64,000 bases of DNA from Candidatus Moraniibacteriota bacterium (GCA_016699425.1 CP064975.1:923957-987956), one strand, 5' to 3'. Counted from the first letter of the stretch, positions 10,013-19,878 are shown. The notes: a model not told the origin generated them from the letters alone. Numbers and translations are program-made.

Positions 10013-10987
10013 TCAGCCGAGCCGAAAGGAACGCGGTGGCTTCGGCCGTGAGACGACCGTGATCCGGCGCGGACTTCCCTTCCCCTCAGGGTAGTAGTCT
10101 CGTGTGAGCACGGTCTGATCGCAGCGGAAGGCGAGCGGACATGGGGCACAGCTCCGCCGAAAGCGGTTAATGGTCGCAGGATCCTTCCAATCAGTCTCGG
10201 GCTCATTGTTAGCCCACCGGCAGCCCTCGCGCGAGAGGATAAAGAGTAGCTCCGAGAACTTGACCGGATCCACTCCGGGGAAACGATCGAGGTAGGCCCG
10301 ACCGATAGCATCCCCCGCCGCCATGATCGATTTCGGATTGTACGAGCCATTCTCGAGCTTGAACATACCCGTCCCGATGAGGACTCGCGTATGATGAAAG
10401 TCCACCGGAAACGACATGCTGATCCGCCGGATGAAACCCGCCTGCATCAGGTTGATGGTGAGGAGGGCGCACATCTTCTCCTGAAACCCGTAGAACCCAC
10501 GTTCTCTGAGCGGTAGGGTGTCGTCGCCCTTGTTCATCACGCGGTCCCTGACCTCAACTTCGGTCGTGAGGCCCTCGTAGACCGCGAGGATATCACCACC
10601 CCAGGCGATGAGGATCTCGGAATTGCGCCGCCAAGCTTCGCCATAATGCTGCTGGGGCGGGACCGTCCCGAATACTTGCTCCAGTCGCCGATCAATTTCC
10701 GCTGCTGAAAACTTGGCAGCTTCATACGGATCAAAGAGCTCGGGGTGTTTCGCACGAAGCTCGATGGCTCGTGCGGTCGCCATATGGCTCTGCACCTTGC
10801 CCCGAAGGAGGTGCGTGGTATAGAACCAGTCATTGGCGGTCCAGTCAGGGAGCGCCTGCACATCCACCATGTGATGCGGCACTCGAGCGAGATGTTCGGG
10901 TTGATAGGGAAATTCCTGCCGCCGATAGGCGTCGAGAAGCAAGGCGAAATTGCCATACACTCGCTTCCAATTGATAAGGTTCTCCAT
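10013..10987 (-). CDS. Hypothetical protein (324 aa) with C-terminal CxxCx5C motif
   Basis: Long ORF with GC3-biased codon usage consistent with its neighbours. No recognisable family motif by eye. C-terminus reads SCAPCPLAFRCDQ. Confidence 0.55.
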   Translation of the reverse strand: MENLINWKRVYGNFALLLDAYRRQEFPYQPEHLARVPHHMVDVQALPDWTANDWFYTTHLLRGKVQSHMATARAIELRAKHPELFDPYEAAKFSAAEIDRRLEQVFGTVPPQQHYGEAWRRNSEILIAWGGDILAVYEGLTTEVEVRDRVMNKGDDTLPLRERGFYGFQEKMCALLTINLMQAGFIRRISMSFPVDFHHTRVLIGTGMFKLENGSYNPKSIMAAGDAIGRAYLDRFPGVDPVKFSELLFILSREGCRWANNEPETDWKDPATINRFRRSCAPCPLAFRCDQTVLTRDYYPEGKGSPRRITVVSRPKPPRSFRLG

Positions 10988-11056
10988 GACACTCCCCTTT
11001 CGGAAGTAGTTTGGTTGCCTCCGATTATACAGGAAAGTACCAGTAGGTCAACGCGA

Positions 11057-11090
11057 AAAAGAAAAGGCCGCCCAGTGTTGCTAGGCGGCG
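11057..11090 (-). terminator. Terminator-like hairpin (copy 2 of an identical 34-nt element)
   Basis: Same 34-nt sequence as 9957..9990 (AAAAGAAAAGGCCGCCCAGTGTTGCTAGGCGGCG). It lies directly downstream of the NADAR gene. Confidence 0.5.
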
Positions 11091-11114
11091 TGGATGACAG
11101 ACCGAGAGGCCTGC

Positions 11115-11786
11115 TCATGCAGGAAAGACTTCGTCTCGAATTTCCTCCCAGATCTTGCCAAGCCAATTCTGGCCGGACCAGTTCGGACCACGACCCCAGT
11201 AGTCATCCCTATGCGTGTCCTCGACCAACGTCATTCCATGACTCCTGGAAAGTATCTTCCGCACGTACTCGTGCTGGGCAAGCTTGGCTTGGAGGATTTC
11301 TTTCATCACGGGGCGCTTGACTTCATCCCAATCAAGACGGATATCGTCTTGATACATGGACTCATCCCCGATCTTCTTTGCCTCGTGAGCCGAACGCGCT
11401 TGGAAGATACGTTCGATAATGTCCGGTCGATCGTACTTAGCCGCCTGGTAGGCGTGTTCGACGGTCGACCAAACTCGGTCGCGCCATTCCACAGCGTAGG
11501 CCGAGAAATTTTGGAGGCAATCCCACTCGTCGGCATAAAAGAGTGCGCAGTCCCTCCCGAGGAAGTTTTGAACCGCCGGTACCTCCTTCATCAGAAGTTC
11601 CATGACCTGTTCGTCGATGATGGGGTCGGCCGGCCAGGTATCCTTGGATCCGCGTTCGAGACGGAGATGGGCGATGAGGATGGCTAGCGCAGTTGGCATA
11701 CCGACCAGTTTAGCTGCGTTACCCAGCCCCCAGTAACCATCCGATTCGATCTTCTGAGCGGCAACCTGAAGCAATAGAACGTCCAT
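11115..11786 (-). CDS. NADAR-domain protein (YbiA-like N-glycosidase family, DUF1768)
   Basis: Contains ...LQNFSAYAVEW...VEHAYQAAKY...WGRG...NWLGKIWEEIRDE, which fits the NADAR family. The track ORF starts at a TTG at 11867. The ATG at 11786 (MDVLLLQ) has an AGGAG 8 nt upstream. Confidence 0.75.
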   Translation of the reverse strand: MDVLLLQVAAQKIESDGYWGLGNAAKLVGMPTALAILIAHLRLERGSKDTWPADPIIDEQVMELLMKEVPAVQNFLGRDCALFYADEWDCLQNFSAYAVEWRDRVWSTVEHAYQAAKYDRPDIIERIFQARSAHEAKKIGDESMYQDDIRLDWDEVKRPVMKEILQAKLAQHEYVRKILSRSHGMTLVEDTHRDDYWGRGPNWSGQNWLGKIWEEIRDEVFPA

Positions 11787-12007
11787 GAGAAAGTCTCCTG
11801 GGTTGATTGGAAAAGGAGGCAACGTATGTCTCCGCACAAAAACCATGTCCGAAATCGGACTGCTCAAGATATCACGCCTCCACTCCTCTGTCTACCCACA
11901 CTCCCACTTTGTTGCAGCGCACACAGTCGTCATCCCGTCTCTCTAAAGACAAATGAAAACCGATCCCACATTTTGTGAGACCGGCTGCAGGACGATACCT
12001 GCGAATG

Positions 12008-12211
12008 TCAACGCGCCGCTTCCGATTGCGGTGGTTCGACGGGTTGTTCTCTCCACGCCACCCAGTGAGGATTCTTGGCAACCGTTTCCTCTAAATCTCT
12101 GGCAGAGAACGCATTCAGGAGGATGTTCGCCAACTGCTTCAAACAGCTCTGCTCCGTTCCGTAGTCGATACCACATTCCGCTTTTTGGAACGTATTGTGC
12201 TTATTGGCCAT
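12008..12211 (-). CDS. Small hypothetical protein (67 aa)
   Basis: ATG lies 10 nt downstream of the preceding gene's stop, suggesting possible translational coupling. No recognisable motif. Confidence 0.25.
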   Translation of the reverse strand: MANKHNTFQKAECGIDYGTEQSCLKQLANILLNAFSARDLEETVAKNPHWVAWREQPVEPPQSEAAR

Positions 12212-12220
12212 CCGGAGCTC

Positions 12221-13036
12221 TTATCGGATATACGGGCTATCGCTTGAATTGCTGCAGAACGCCAGTACGAACTCTTCGCGAGTGACAGATCCCTTGCGCC
12301 AGTTCTGATCCCGCTCTTCACCCCCGAAGAGAATACTCATACTAACGGGGATGCCGTGATACTGACCGACTGCTATACCATGGTCATTCTGGCCGATATA
12401 GAGCATAAGAAGCTCGCTCGTCACTGCCTCGATATCCATCCGCCACTCCACATCCGGCACATAACGTCTCGCGGAAGCGAGCTCGGCTGCGACATCTATC
12501 TTCTTATTCCCATACGTCTGCCAACGCGGCATAGTGACAGTCCAACTTTGGACAAAGGGGTCAAAAGAATCGTAACCGCCTTCATCTCGTGGGTATGTCG
12601 CCATCCCCTCAAAAATTTCGGTTGCGTTCCGATGGATCGCACCTTTGGCATCTTGCGGTTTGATGCCGATACCGTCACCGAAACGCTTCAGGTGCAAGAC
12701 GACGCCCGTCAAGCCGATGAAGATCTCCGTGGCATTGCCATGCTGCAGCTCATTGGCGATAGCCTTGATGCTGTCAGTCCCGAAAATATCCTTGCCGTTA
12801 CAGCCGGCCTGGATACCTTCGATGAGGGATTTAATCACCGCCTCGGTGTCTCCATCCTTCTTCGCGACGTTTTGTCGGATGTGCCGGCCGAGGTACTCGC
12901 TGATGATGTGTCGCACACGTTCTTCCCCGAACAGCTCTGGGGAACGATATGAAGCGAAGACATAGTCGAGCAGAAACGGGTACTCGTGGCGTCGCTTTTC
13001 CAAGATTGGTTCGTGATACTTATTAAGCGTAGTCAT
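12221..13036 (-). CDS. Hypothetical protein (271 aa) with internal duplicated motif
   Basis: Clean long ORF. Contains two copies of H-x-NATEIF-x-G (QHGNATEIFIG and IHRNATEIFEG). No family recognised. Confidence 0.55.
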   Translation of the reverse strand: MTTLNKYHEPILEKRRHEYPFLLDYVFASYRSPELFGEERVRHIISEYLGRHIRQNVAKKDGDTEAVIKSLIEGIQAGCNGKDIFGTDSIKAIANELQHGNATEIFIGLTGVVLHLKRFGDGIGIKPQDAKGAIHRNATEIFEGMATYPRDEGGYDSFDPFVQSWTVTMPRWQTYGNKKIDVAAELASARRYVPDVEWRMDIEAVTSELLMLYIGQNDHGIAVGQYHGIPVSMSILFGGEERDQNWRKGSVTREEFVLAFCSNSSDSPYIR

Positions 13037-13250
13037 GTTAAAGATCTCCGGAGAGAGTGATGAGTGCGGTTGCCCGCAGACCGCCCGGTTGCCCGGCCGG
13101 ATACGATAGGAGGATCCCGTCGTACCATGAGTACCGTAAAAGTCCTTACGCTACCGAGGTCGACATGATACGCAGTTCACGGTATTGAACACCAGGCCAG
13201 CCATATAGTCAACAACGAACAAAAGCGCCCCTCTCGGAGCGTTTTGACTA

Positions 13251-14507
13251 TTATTTCTTCATCTTGCGGCGGATGAAGGCCGGGATTTCGAGGTCTTCCT
13301 CCTCGACGATATCCCTGGATTCTTGCCGGAGGCCGAAGCTCTTGGGCTGGATCTTTTCTTCGATGATGAGCGGGGTCGGCTCGATAGCGCGGGACGTGAA
13401 TGTGCGGAGCTCTTCCGGTTCATCGGTCGATTCCGTCACCGGTTCCTCGCGGCGATAGCTCTGCGCGTGACTCTCTTTTTGGGTGAGCTGACCGATGGTC
13501 GGATTCGGCTTGGCGCGCTGCACGAGACCGATCGGCATCTCTTGGATCTTGCCGGAATCGAAGCCCGTCGCCACGACCGTGATCTGGATGTCGCCCTTGC
13601 GGATCTGATCATCCACCACTGCTCCAAAGATCACTTTCGCGTTGGGGTCGATATTTTCCGTGATGATATTGGCGGCTTCGTTGATCTCGAGCATCCCGAT
13701 ATCCGTCGAGCCCGAGATATTGAAGAGCACGCCCTTGGCCCCATCGATAGAGAGCTCGAGGAGTGGGCTATTGATGGCGGCCTTGGCGGCCTCGACGGCG
13801 CGGTTCTCGCCACTGGCGATACCGATACCCATGAGGGCCGAGCCCGAGTCCTGCATGATGGCACGGACATCGGCAAAGTCGACGTTCACGATGCCCGGGC
13901 GGGTGATGAGGTCCGAGATCCCCTGCACACCCTGGCGGAGCACATCATCCACGATACGGAAGGCGCTGATGAGCGAGGTCTTACGGTCGATGATCGAGAG
14001 GAGTTTGTCGTTCGGGATGGTGATGAGTGTATCGACGCGATCCTTCAGGTTGTTCAGCGCTTCTTCGGCGATGGCGCGACGCTGTGACCCTTCGAAGGCG
14101 AATGGGCGCGTGACGACTCCGACGGTGAGGGCGCCGAGTTCCTTGGCCGTCTCCGCAACGATCGGCGCAGCACCAGAACCAGTTCCCCCACCGAGACCAC
14201 AGGCGACGAACACCATGTCGGCACCCTTCAAGACTTCCTGAATTTCGTCACGGTTCTCTTCGGCGGCTTGACGACCGATCTCGGGATTCATCCCGGCACC
14301 GAGACCCTTGGTCAGGTTCTTGCCGATATGGACTTTCTCCTGCGCTTTGGAATGATGGAGTGCTTGCGCATCGGTATTGATAGCGACGAATTCGACGCCC
14401 TTGATCTTGGCATCGATCATGCGTGAAATTGCATTGTTACCCGAGCCACCCACGCCGACAACTTTGATCTTGGCGAATGTCTCGATGTCGGGTTTGATCT
14501 CGGCCAT
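13251..14507 (-). CDS. ftsZ: Cell division GTPase FtsZ
   Basis: Contains GVGGSGNNA (FtsZ-type G-box lacking the tubulin GGGTGSG motif) and NTDAQAL. Start placed at the ATG for MAEIKPD (14507). The track ORF begins at an upstream alternative codon. Confidence 0.95.
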   Translation of the reverse strand: MAEIKPDIETFAKIKVVGVGGSGNNAISRMIDAKIKGVEFVAINTDAQALHHSKAQEKVHIGKNLTKGLGAGMNPEIGRQAAEENRDEIQEVLKGADMVFVACGLGGGTGSGAAPIVAETAKELGALTVGVVTRPFAFEGSQRRAIAEEALNNLKDRVDTLITIPNDKLLSIIDRKTSLISAFRIVDDVLRQGVQGISDLITRPGIVNVDFADVRAIMQDSGSALMGIGIASGENRAVEAAKAAINSPLLELSIDGAKGVLFNISGSTDIGMLEINEAANIITENIDPNAKVIFGAVVDDQIRKGDIQITVVATGFDSGKIQEMPIGLVQRAKPNPTIGQLTQKESHAQSYRREEPVTESTDEPEELRTFTSRAIEPTPLIIEEKIQPKSFGLRQESRDIVEEEDLEIPAFIRRKMKK

Positions 14508-14745
14508 ACGGGCTCTACTATCTAGCAATCGTCGAATTATGAGCATCCAGCACCCCACTCGGGCGAATGAGCGCACCCCGGGCAGTTCGGCTTGATGCAC
14601 CACTCTATCACGCGATCCGACAGAGTGTCAACCCCGCGAGAAACGTGGTTTTTCCTTTTAAGCAAGGCATTTTTCAAACCCGCTCCCGTCCCGCTCAATC
14701 ACTCGTTTTGTATTCGTAAAACTTCTCGGAAAGCCGAGTCTCGGG

Positions 14746-16014
14746 TTACGGGAGAAAGCGGCGGAAAATTCCTTTGGCTTTGCCGGCGAGATCACCCCAG
14801 TCACCCGGCAAGCGCTGCATGAGCTGCGAAGCACCTCCCAATGAAAACCGCTCATGCACATTCCCTTCCTCGAGCGAGAGGAGGAGTAGTCCGACGACCG
14901 TGGCCGAAGCCGGGCCGTCCACATGATCGAGGATGCCACCCAAGGGCTTCGGATAACCGATCTGGGCCGGGAGCCGAAGGTGCCGCTTCGCGAGCTCCAC
15001 CGCACCCGGGACGAGGATACCCCCGCCCGTGAGCATGACCCCCGCCGGTAAGAGCGCCTCACGCTGGATGCTCTTGAGTTCGAGATTCACGTAATGGAAA
15101 ATTTCTTCGAGCCGCGCTTCGATGATCTCGGCGACATGGTACCGCGACACCTCATCCATTTCCTGCGAGTCAAATTCGGAGAGATCGATCGCCTCTTTTT
15201 TCCCCACCTCGGCAGGGATCGCGTGGCCGTACTGCAGTTTCACCGCTTCAGCGACATCAATCGAGATCCGGAGACCAATCGCGATATCATTGGTGATATG
15301 GCTCCCACCAACCGGCAGGACAGCGAGATGCAGGAGATCTCCGTCTTCGAAGACGGCGAGCGACGTCGTGTTGGCACCGATATTCACCATGACCACCCCG
15401 AGTTCTTTCTGCTTGGCCGAGAGGATGGCTTCGGCGGAAGCGAGCGGTTCGGCGATGAAGTGATGCGCGGAAATGCCGGCGAGCTCCAGACTGCGGACCA
15501 GATTCTTCAGATGATTGCTGCCCGTCCCGATGACGAGTGACGAGAGTTCGAGGCGGACACCTCGGAGGCCCACCGGATCCTTTATCCCACCCTGATCATC
15601 GAGGCGATAGTGCTGCGGGACGACATGGAGGATTTCTTTGTTGGGGCCCAGCACGGTACGCGCCTGTGTCTCCTCGACGATGCGGCCGAGATCGTCTTCC
15701 GTCACTTCGCCATCCGCTTTACCGACGGCGATGACGCCGATCGCTGACTGGGCAAAGAGGTCTGCTCCCGAAACCGAACAGGCGACGCTGTCGACCGCGG
15801 CCCCGGCCATCCGTTCGGCGGCTTCCAGCGCGGCATTGATCGATTTGGCGACTTCTTCAGGCTGGACGACGATGCCCCGCCGGATACCCACCGAAGGGAC
15901 TGCCCCAACGCCGACGACCTTTACGGGACCGTCATCGCGCGGTAATTCGGCGATAACCGCCCGGACAGTCGCCGAGCCGATGTCGAGGCCGATAGTATAA
16001 TGTGTTTTCGCCAT
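14746..16014 (-). CDS. ftsA: Cell division protein FtsA
   Basis: Actin-like ATPase fold (IGLDIGS...; GGG...). Located immediately upstream of ftsZ. Start placed at the ATG for MAKTHYTIGLD (16014). The track start is a GTG. Confidence 0.9.
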   Translation of the reverse strand: MAKTHYTIGLDIGSATVRAVIAELPRDDGPVKVVGVGAVPSVGIRRGIVVQPEEVAKSINAALEAAERMAGAAVDSVACSVSGADLFAQSAIGVIAVGKADGEVTEDDLGRIVEETQARTVLGPNKEILHVVPQHYRLDDQGGIKDPVGLRGVRLELSSLVIGTGSNHLKNLVRSLELAGISAHHFIAEPLASAEAILSAKQKELGVVMVNIGANTTSLAVFEDGDLLHLAVLPVGGSHITNDIAIGLRISIDVAEAVKLQYGHAIPAEVGKKEAIDLSEFDSQEMDEVSRYHVAEIIEARLEEIFHYVNLELKSIQREALLPAGVMLTGGGILVPGAVELAKRHLRLPAQIGYPKPLGGILDHVDGPASATVVGLLLLSLEEGNVHERFSLGGASQLMQRLPGDWGDLAGKAKGIFRRFLP

Positions 16015-16107
16015 AAGTATCAAACCGTACCAAAAGAAGAGAGCCACCAGTGCCACTCATGCGCCTCATTATACAGGAAGAAAAACATCCCTGCCACCGA
16101 CCTTTGG

Positions 16108-16470
16108 CTAGACGATATGCGGCAGGAAGATGAGCGCTCCGATGATGGCCGCTCCGATCGCGCTGATGAGCACTGATCCGGCGACGAGGTCCTTGATCAC
16201 CCGAACATACGGGTGAATACGTGGCTTCGTCATATCCAGCATCCGTTCGAACGACGTATTCACGAGCTCGAGCGCGAGAACCAGCACGATAACAAGCGTC
16301 AGGATCGCCCGTTCGTCAGAGGAAAGTGGGAAATACCAGGCAAAAAAAGCCACCCCGATAGCGATCGCGAGCTCGATATGAAAATTCCGCTCTTCCCGGA
16401 TTGCATACGCAATGCCTGCGAGAGCGTGCCGGAAACTGCGAACGAATTTTTGTATACTTACCGGACTCAT
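16108..16470 (-). CDS. dgkA: Diacylglycerol/undecaprenol kinase (DgkA family)
   Basis: 120 aa with three TM helices. Prokaryotic DAGK family pattern (RNFHIELAIAIGV...ELVNTSFE). Confidence 0.8.
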   Translation of the reverse strand: MSPVSIQKFVRSFRHALAGIAYAIREERNFHIELAIAIGVAFFAWYFPLSSDERAILTLVIVLVLALELVNTSFERMLDMTKPRIHPYVRVIKDLVAGSVLISAIGAAIIGALIFLPHIV

Positions 16471-16946
16471 TGCATCGGCTCTGGAATAATAGGCGCGAGT
16501 ACATCCGTCACCGCGTCCTGGATATCAAACATCCGCTCCTCATGATCGAATCCGACCAGATGAAGCACGCCGTGGGAAAGCACGTATGTATACTCACGCT
16601 TCCATGATACACCATCCTCCTTGGCCGAACGAGCGATGAACTCGGGCGAGAGGATGATTTGACCGAGGTCGATCGCTCCTTTCTTTGGTAGAGCGAGCAA
16701 TGCGGTCAGTCCTTCGAAATGGCCGAAGGAAAGGATGTCCGTCGGTTGCGTTTTCTTCCGGTAGTCACGGTTGAGCTTGGCGATCTCTGTATCCGTGACA
16801 CAGGCGACATCTATGATAGCTGTCCGGTCCGGTGTAAATACCTGAGGGAAGGATCGGGTCAGGGTCTCACGGATCACCTTGCGGAGAAAAAATGCCGTCA
16901 GCCCATGGAGCGCCTCCTCTCCCCGAAGCGTCAGCTGGATCCGCAT
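16467..16946 (-). CDS. ybeY: rRNA maturation endoribonuclease YbeY
   Basis: Contains HGVLHLVGFDHE, the zinc-binding H3xH5xH motif of the YbeY family. Confidence 0.9.
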   Translation of the reverse strand: MRIQLTLRGEEALHGLTAFFLRKVIRETLTRSFPQVFTPDRTAIIDVACVTDTEIAKLNRDYRKKTQPTDILSFGHFEGLTALLALPKKGAIDLGQIILSPEFIARSAKEDGVSWKREYTYVLSHGVLHLVGFDHEERMFDIQDAVTDVLAPIIPEPMQ

Positions 16947-16948
16947 AC

Positions 16949-17401
16949 CTAGTGGAGTTTGGCCGAGACGAGCTCTCGGACGATTTCACCATCGGCTTGG
17001 CCGGCCACTTCTTTCATCACGGCTCCCATGACACGGCCTATGTCTTTCGCTGTGACACCCGGCATGCCAGCGAGCACACGATCGACGATCTCGGCCACCG
17101 CCTCACGCGACAGCTGCGCCGGCAGATAACCCTGGATGAGCGCCAATTCGGCTGATTCTTTCGCCACGAGGTCTTCGCGCTGCGCGGCCTGGTACTGCTC
17201 GATACTGTCTTTCCGTTGCTTCACCAGCCGCTTCACGACGTCTTGGACTTGAGCATCCGTAAGCTCCGTGACTGGGGTACGGGCTTCGATCGCCACATTT
17301 TTCACGGCACTCTGAAGGAAACGCAACGTATCGCGTTTCACCGTATCCCCGGCCTTCATCGCCAGCTTCAGTTCGTCGCCGATCTGTGTAATGAGAGACA
17401 T
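16949..17401 (-). CDS. GatB/YqeY domain protein
   Basis: 150 aa all-helical protein. YqeY-like pattern (LKLAMKAGD...RDTLRFLQSAVKN). Confidence 0.8.
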   Translation of the reverse strand: MSLITQIGDELKLAMKAGDTVKRDTLRFLQSAVKNVAIEARTPVTELTDAQVQDVVKRLVKQRKDSIEQYQAAQREDLVAKESAELALIQGYLPAQLSREAVAEIVDRVLAGMPGVTAKDIGRVMGAVMKEVAGQADGEIVRELVSAKLH

Positions 17402-17534
17402 AGAGTTTTGACAGGGCCTTTGAAGATTTCGATGGGACGCGCGAAGCTTTTGAGCAGTAAGCGAGGCGTATCAGGGGCATACGCCAAGCGAACGGCGCAG
17501 AAAGCGACAAAGCGGACCGCCGAATCCAAAAGAC

Positions 17535-17786
17535 TTAGCGAATCTTCTTCTTGATGTCACGCAGCGCATCATCATCGAACTTCCCAAGCTTTTTCAAGCG
17601 ACCGATCTCTTTCCTGATCTTCACTTTGTAGAGCGCCTCGTCGCGGCGCTTGGGACGACTCTGTTCCTCTTGGCGGAAACGGAGTTTACGGACACGTTTC
17701 AACACGCCCGACTGCTGGACGCGGCGTGAAAAACGCCGGATGAGACTTTCCGCGGTTTCCTTCTCTTTTCGTTTGATGTGAATCAT
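17535..17786 (-). CDS. rpsU: 30S ribosomal protein S21
   Basis: 83 aa basic protein. Begins IHIKRKEKETAESLIRRFSRRV, the S21 signature. Confidence 0.9.
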   Translation of the reverse strand: MIHIKRKEKETAESLIRRFSRRVQQSGVLKRVRKLRFRQEEQSRPKRRDEALYKVKIRKEIGRLKKLGKFDDDALRDIKKKIR

Positions 17787-17937
17787 AGTGACCTCCTTTC
17801 TCTGTTACGCGTTTACTCTTCGAGAGAGCTCGCGTGCTCGGGTTCGTTCCACAGAACGGACACAGACACGGGATACCTCTTTTATCTCACGGGGTTTACC
17901 CTGTGTAATTCCGCCGAGCGGACCGGCCAGAGCCGGA

Positions 17938-18285
17938 TTACACAGGGCGAATATTCTCCGTCAGTCGCGCGCCACCAATGAGATGGAGATGGAGATGCGG
18001 CACCTCCTGTCCCCCATGTTCCCCCACGCGAAAGAGCAGCTTATACCCACTTTCTGCAATCTGCAAGTCTCGGGCGACATCGCGCGCCACCCGAAACATC
18101 CGGCCCACCATCGGCACATCTTCATCGGCCAGGGTAGCGATCGAGACAATTACTTTCTTCGGGACGATGAGCACATGCACAGGGGCGATCGGGGCGACAT
18201 CGTAGAAAGCCATGATCTCATCATCCTCGTAGAGAAACTCTTTGGGGATTTCCCGGTCGCGAATTTTCTCAAAGACCGTCTTCAT
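17938..18285 (-). CDS. HIT family (histidine triad) nucleotide hydrolase
   Basis: 115 aa. Has the HLHLHLIGG histidine triad and the HVLIVPK motif. Confidence 0.9.
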   Translation of the reverse strand: MKTVFEKIRDREIPKEFLYEDDEIMAFYDVAPIAPVHVLIVPKKVIVSIATLADEDVPMVGRMFRVARDVARDLQIAESGYKLLFRVGEHGGQEVPHLHLHLIGGARLTENIRPV

Positions 18286-18291
18286 GATGGG

Positions 18292-19836
18292 TTATTCCTT
18301 GGCTTTATTGCGCTTCTCTTTTTCGAGACGTTCCTTTTCCTCTTCCTCTTCGTCGTCCTCATCCGGCTTCGGGAGGGCGATGCCGTTGGGTCCCATGAGT
18401 GCCGTGTTAGTTCTCAGGATCTTCTTGGCGGCTTCGACGAGCTTGTCTTGTATGACCGTCTCCTGCGTCCCGGAGACCATGTCCTTCACGATCGCCGTGC
18501 CGTCGAGCGCCTCTTTCTGTCCGATGATGATAGTGACTTCGACGCCGATGCGGTGCGCGACACGGAGCTGCGACTTCAGAGTCCCACGACCGAACGATTC
18601 TGCGATGAGAATACCATTTTTTTCAAGGTCGGCGAAGAGTCGGAGTGATTTCTTCTTGGCCATATCACCAAGCTGAGCGAGAAAAACTCGAGGTTTCGGC
18701 TCCACATACGGCTTCACCTGGGTACGCTTCATCTCCAGGATGATGCGATCGAGCCCGAGACCGAAGCCGATGGCGGGCGTCGCTTCGCCGCCGAGCGCCT
18801 GGACGAGACGGTCATAGCGGCCGCCGCCGCCGAGCGAGTAGGTCCGCCCCTCTTTGTCGGTTGAGCGGATCTCGAAGACAGTGCGCGTATAGTAATCGAG
18901 ACCACGGACAAGACGGGTGTTGATGACATACGGAAGCTCAAGCTCGTCGAGGTATTCGAGAAGCCGCTTGAAGTGGTCGCGGGATTCCTGATCGAGATAG
19001 TCGAGCGACTGCGGCGCATGGGTCGTGATCTGGATACACTTCTCCTCCTTGCAGTCGAGGATGCGCATTGGATTGGTGGCGAGACGCTCTTTGCAGTTCT
19101 GGCAGAGCCGGTGCTTCTGGCTCTCCAGGTATCGGACAAGTACTTTCTCATAGTCGCGGCGTGATTCCGGCGTCCCAATGGAATTCACCTGAAACTCGAT
19201 ATTCTTCAGCCCGAGATCGCGGACCACACGGAACGCGAGCTGGATCACCTGGGCATCGAGGATCGGATCCTCTTCGCCAAAGACATCAAAGTTCGCCTGG
19301 GTGTGCTCACGGTAACGCCCCTCCTGTGGACGATCGTAGCGGAAGAGCGACCCCATAGAGAACAGCTTGATCGGCTTCGGCAAGACGCTCATCCCGTGCT
19401 CGATATAGGCACGGCATAATCCTGCCGTCATTTCTGGCCGGAGGGCGACCCGGTCGCCGCCACGCGTATTGAAGACATACATCTCCTTGTCGATGATATC
19501 CGTCCCTTCGCCGAGCGTCCGGAGATAGAGATGAGCAAACTCGACCATGGGGAGATCGATACGGCGATACCCGTATTCGAGCTGAGCATGTCCGAGGATA
19601 CGGCGCACCCGCTCCCAATACGGCTGTTCGTCCGGCAGGATATCCCGCATCCCGCGAAGTGCCTGGAGGAGGATTTCTTCCTGTGGCACCACCGACGTCG
19701 GAGCGACCTTTTTGGCTGATTCAGATACCGCCGGCGGCACCGCTTTCCGGGCGGGCGCGACACTCCGAACCGAGGCTTTCGTTTTCTTCGTAGCCGAGGT
19801 CTTCTTCGTTTCCTTTGTCTTCATTGTCTTGGCCAT
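18292..19836 (-). CDS. hisS: Histidyl-tRNA synthetase with K/A-rich N-terminal and acidic C-terminal extensions
   Basis: Class II aaRS motifs (GMRDILP, RPEMTAG, LGGGGRYD) and a C-terminal anticodon-binding domain. Has an N-terminal extension of about 55 aa that is Lys-rich and a C-terminal tail of EDDEEEEEKERLEKEKR. Confidence 0.9.
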   Translation of the reverse strand: MAKTMKTKETKKTSATKKTKASVRSVAPARKAVPPAVSESAKKVAPTSVVPQEEILLQALRGMRDILPDEQPYWERVRRILGHAQLEYGYRRIDLPMVEFAHLYLRTLGEGTDIIDKEMYVFNTRGGDRVALRPEMTAGLCRAYIEHGMSVLPKPIKLFSMGSLFRYDRPQEGRYREHTQANFDVFGEEDPILDAQVIQLAFRVVRDLGLKNIEFQVNSIGTPESRRDYEKVLVRYLESQKHRLCQNCKERLATNPMRILDCKEEKCIQITTHAPQSLDYLDQESRDHFKRLLEYLDELELPYVINTRLVRGLDYYTRTVFEIRSTDKEGRTYSLGGGGRYDRLVQALGGEATPAIGFGLGLDRIILEMKRTQVKPYVEPKPRVFLAQLGDMAKKKSLRLFADLEKNGILIAESFGRGTLKSQLRVAHRIGVEVTIIIGQKEALDGTAIVKDMVSGTQETVIQDKLVEAAKKILRTNTALMGPNGIALPKPDEDDEEEEEKERLEKEKRNKAKE

Positions 19837-19878
19837 ACGCGTGGGATTAAAATAGGACTATTGAAACACCTGCGGGCA

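Noticed and set aside
10537-11166. 209-aa minus-strand ORF
   Set aside because: Out-of-frame overlap with the 324-aa hypothetical gene and the NADAR 3' region. Low-complexity translation.
13323-14087. 254-aa + strand ORF
   Set aside because: Antisense to ftsZ. Composition-driven open frame.
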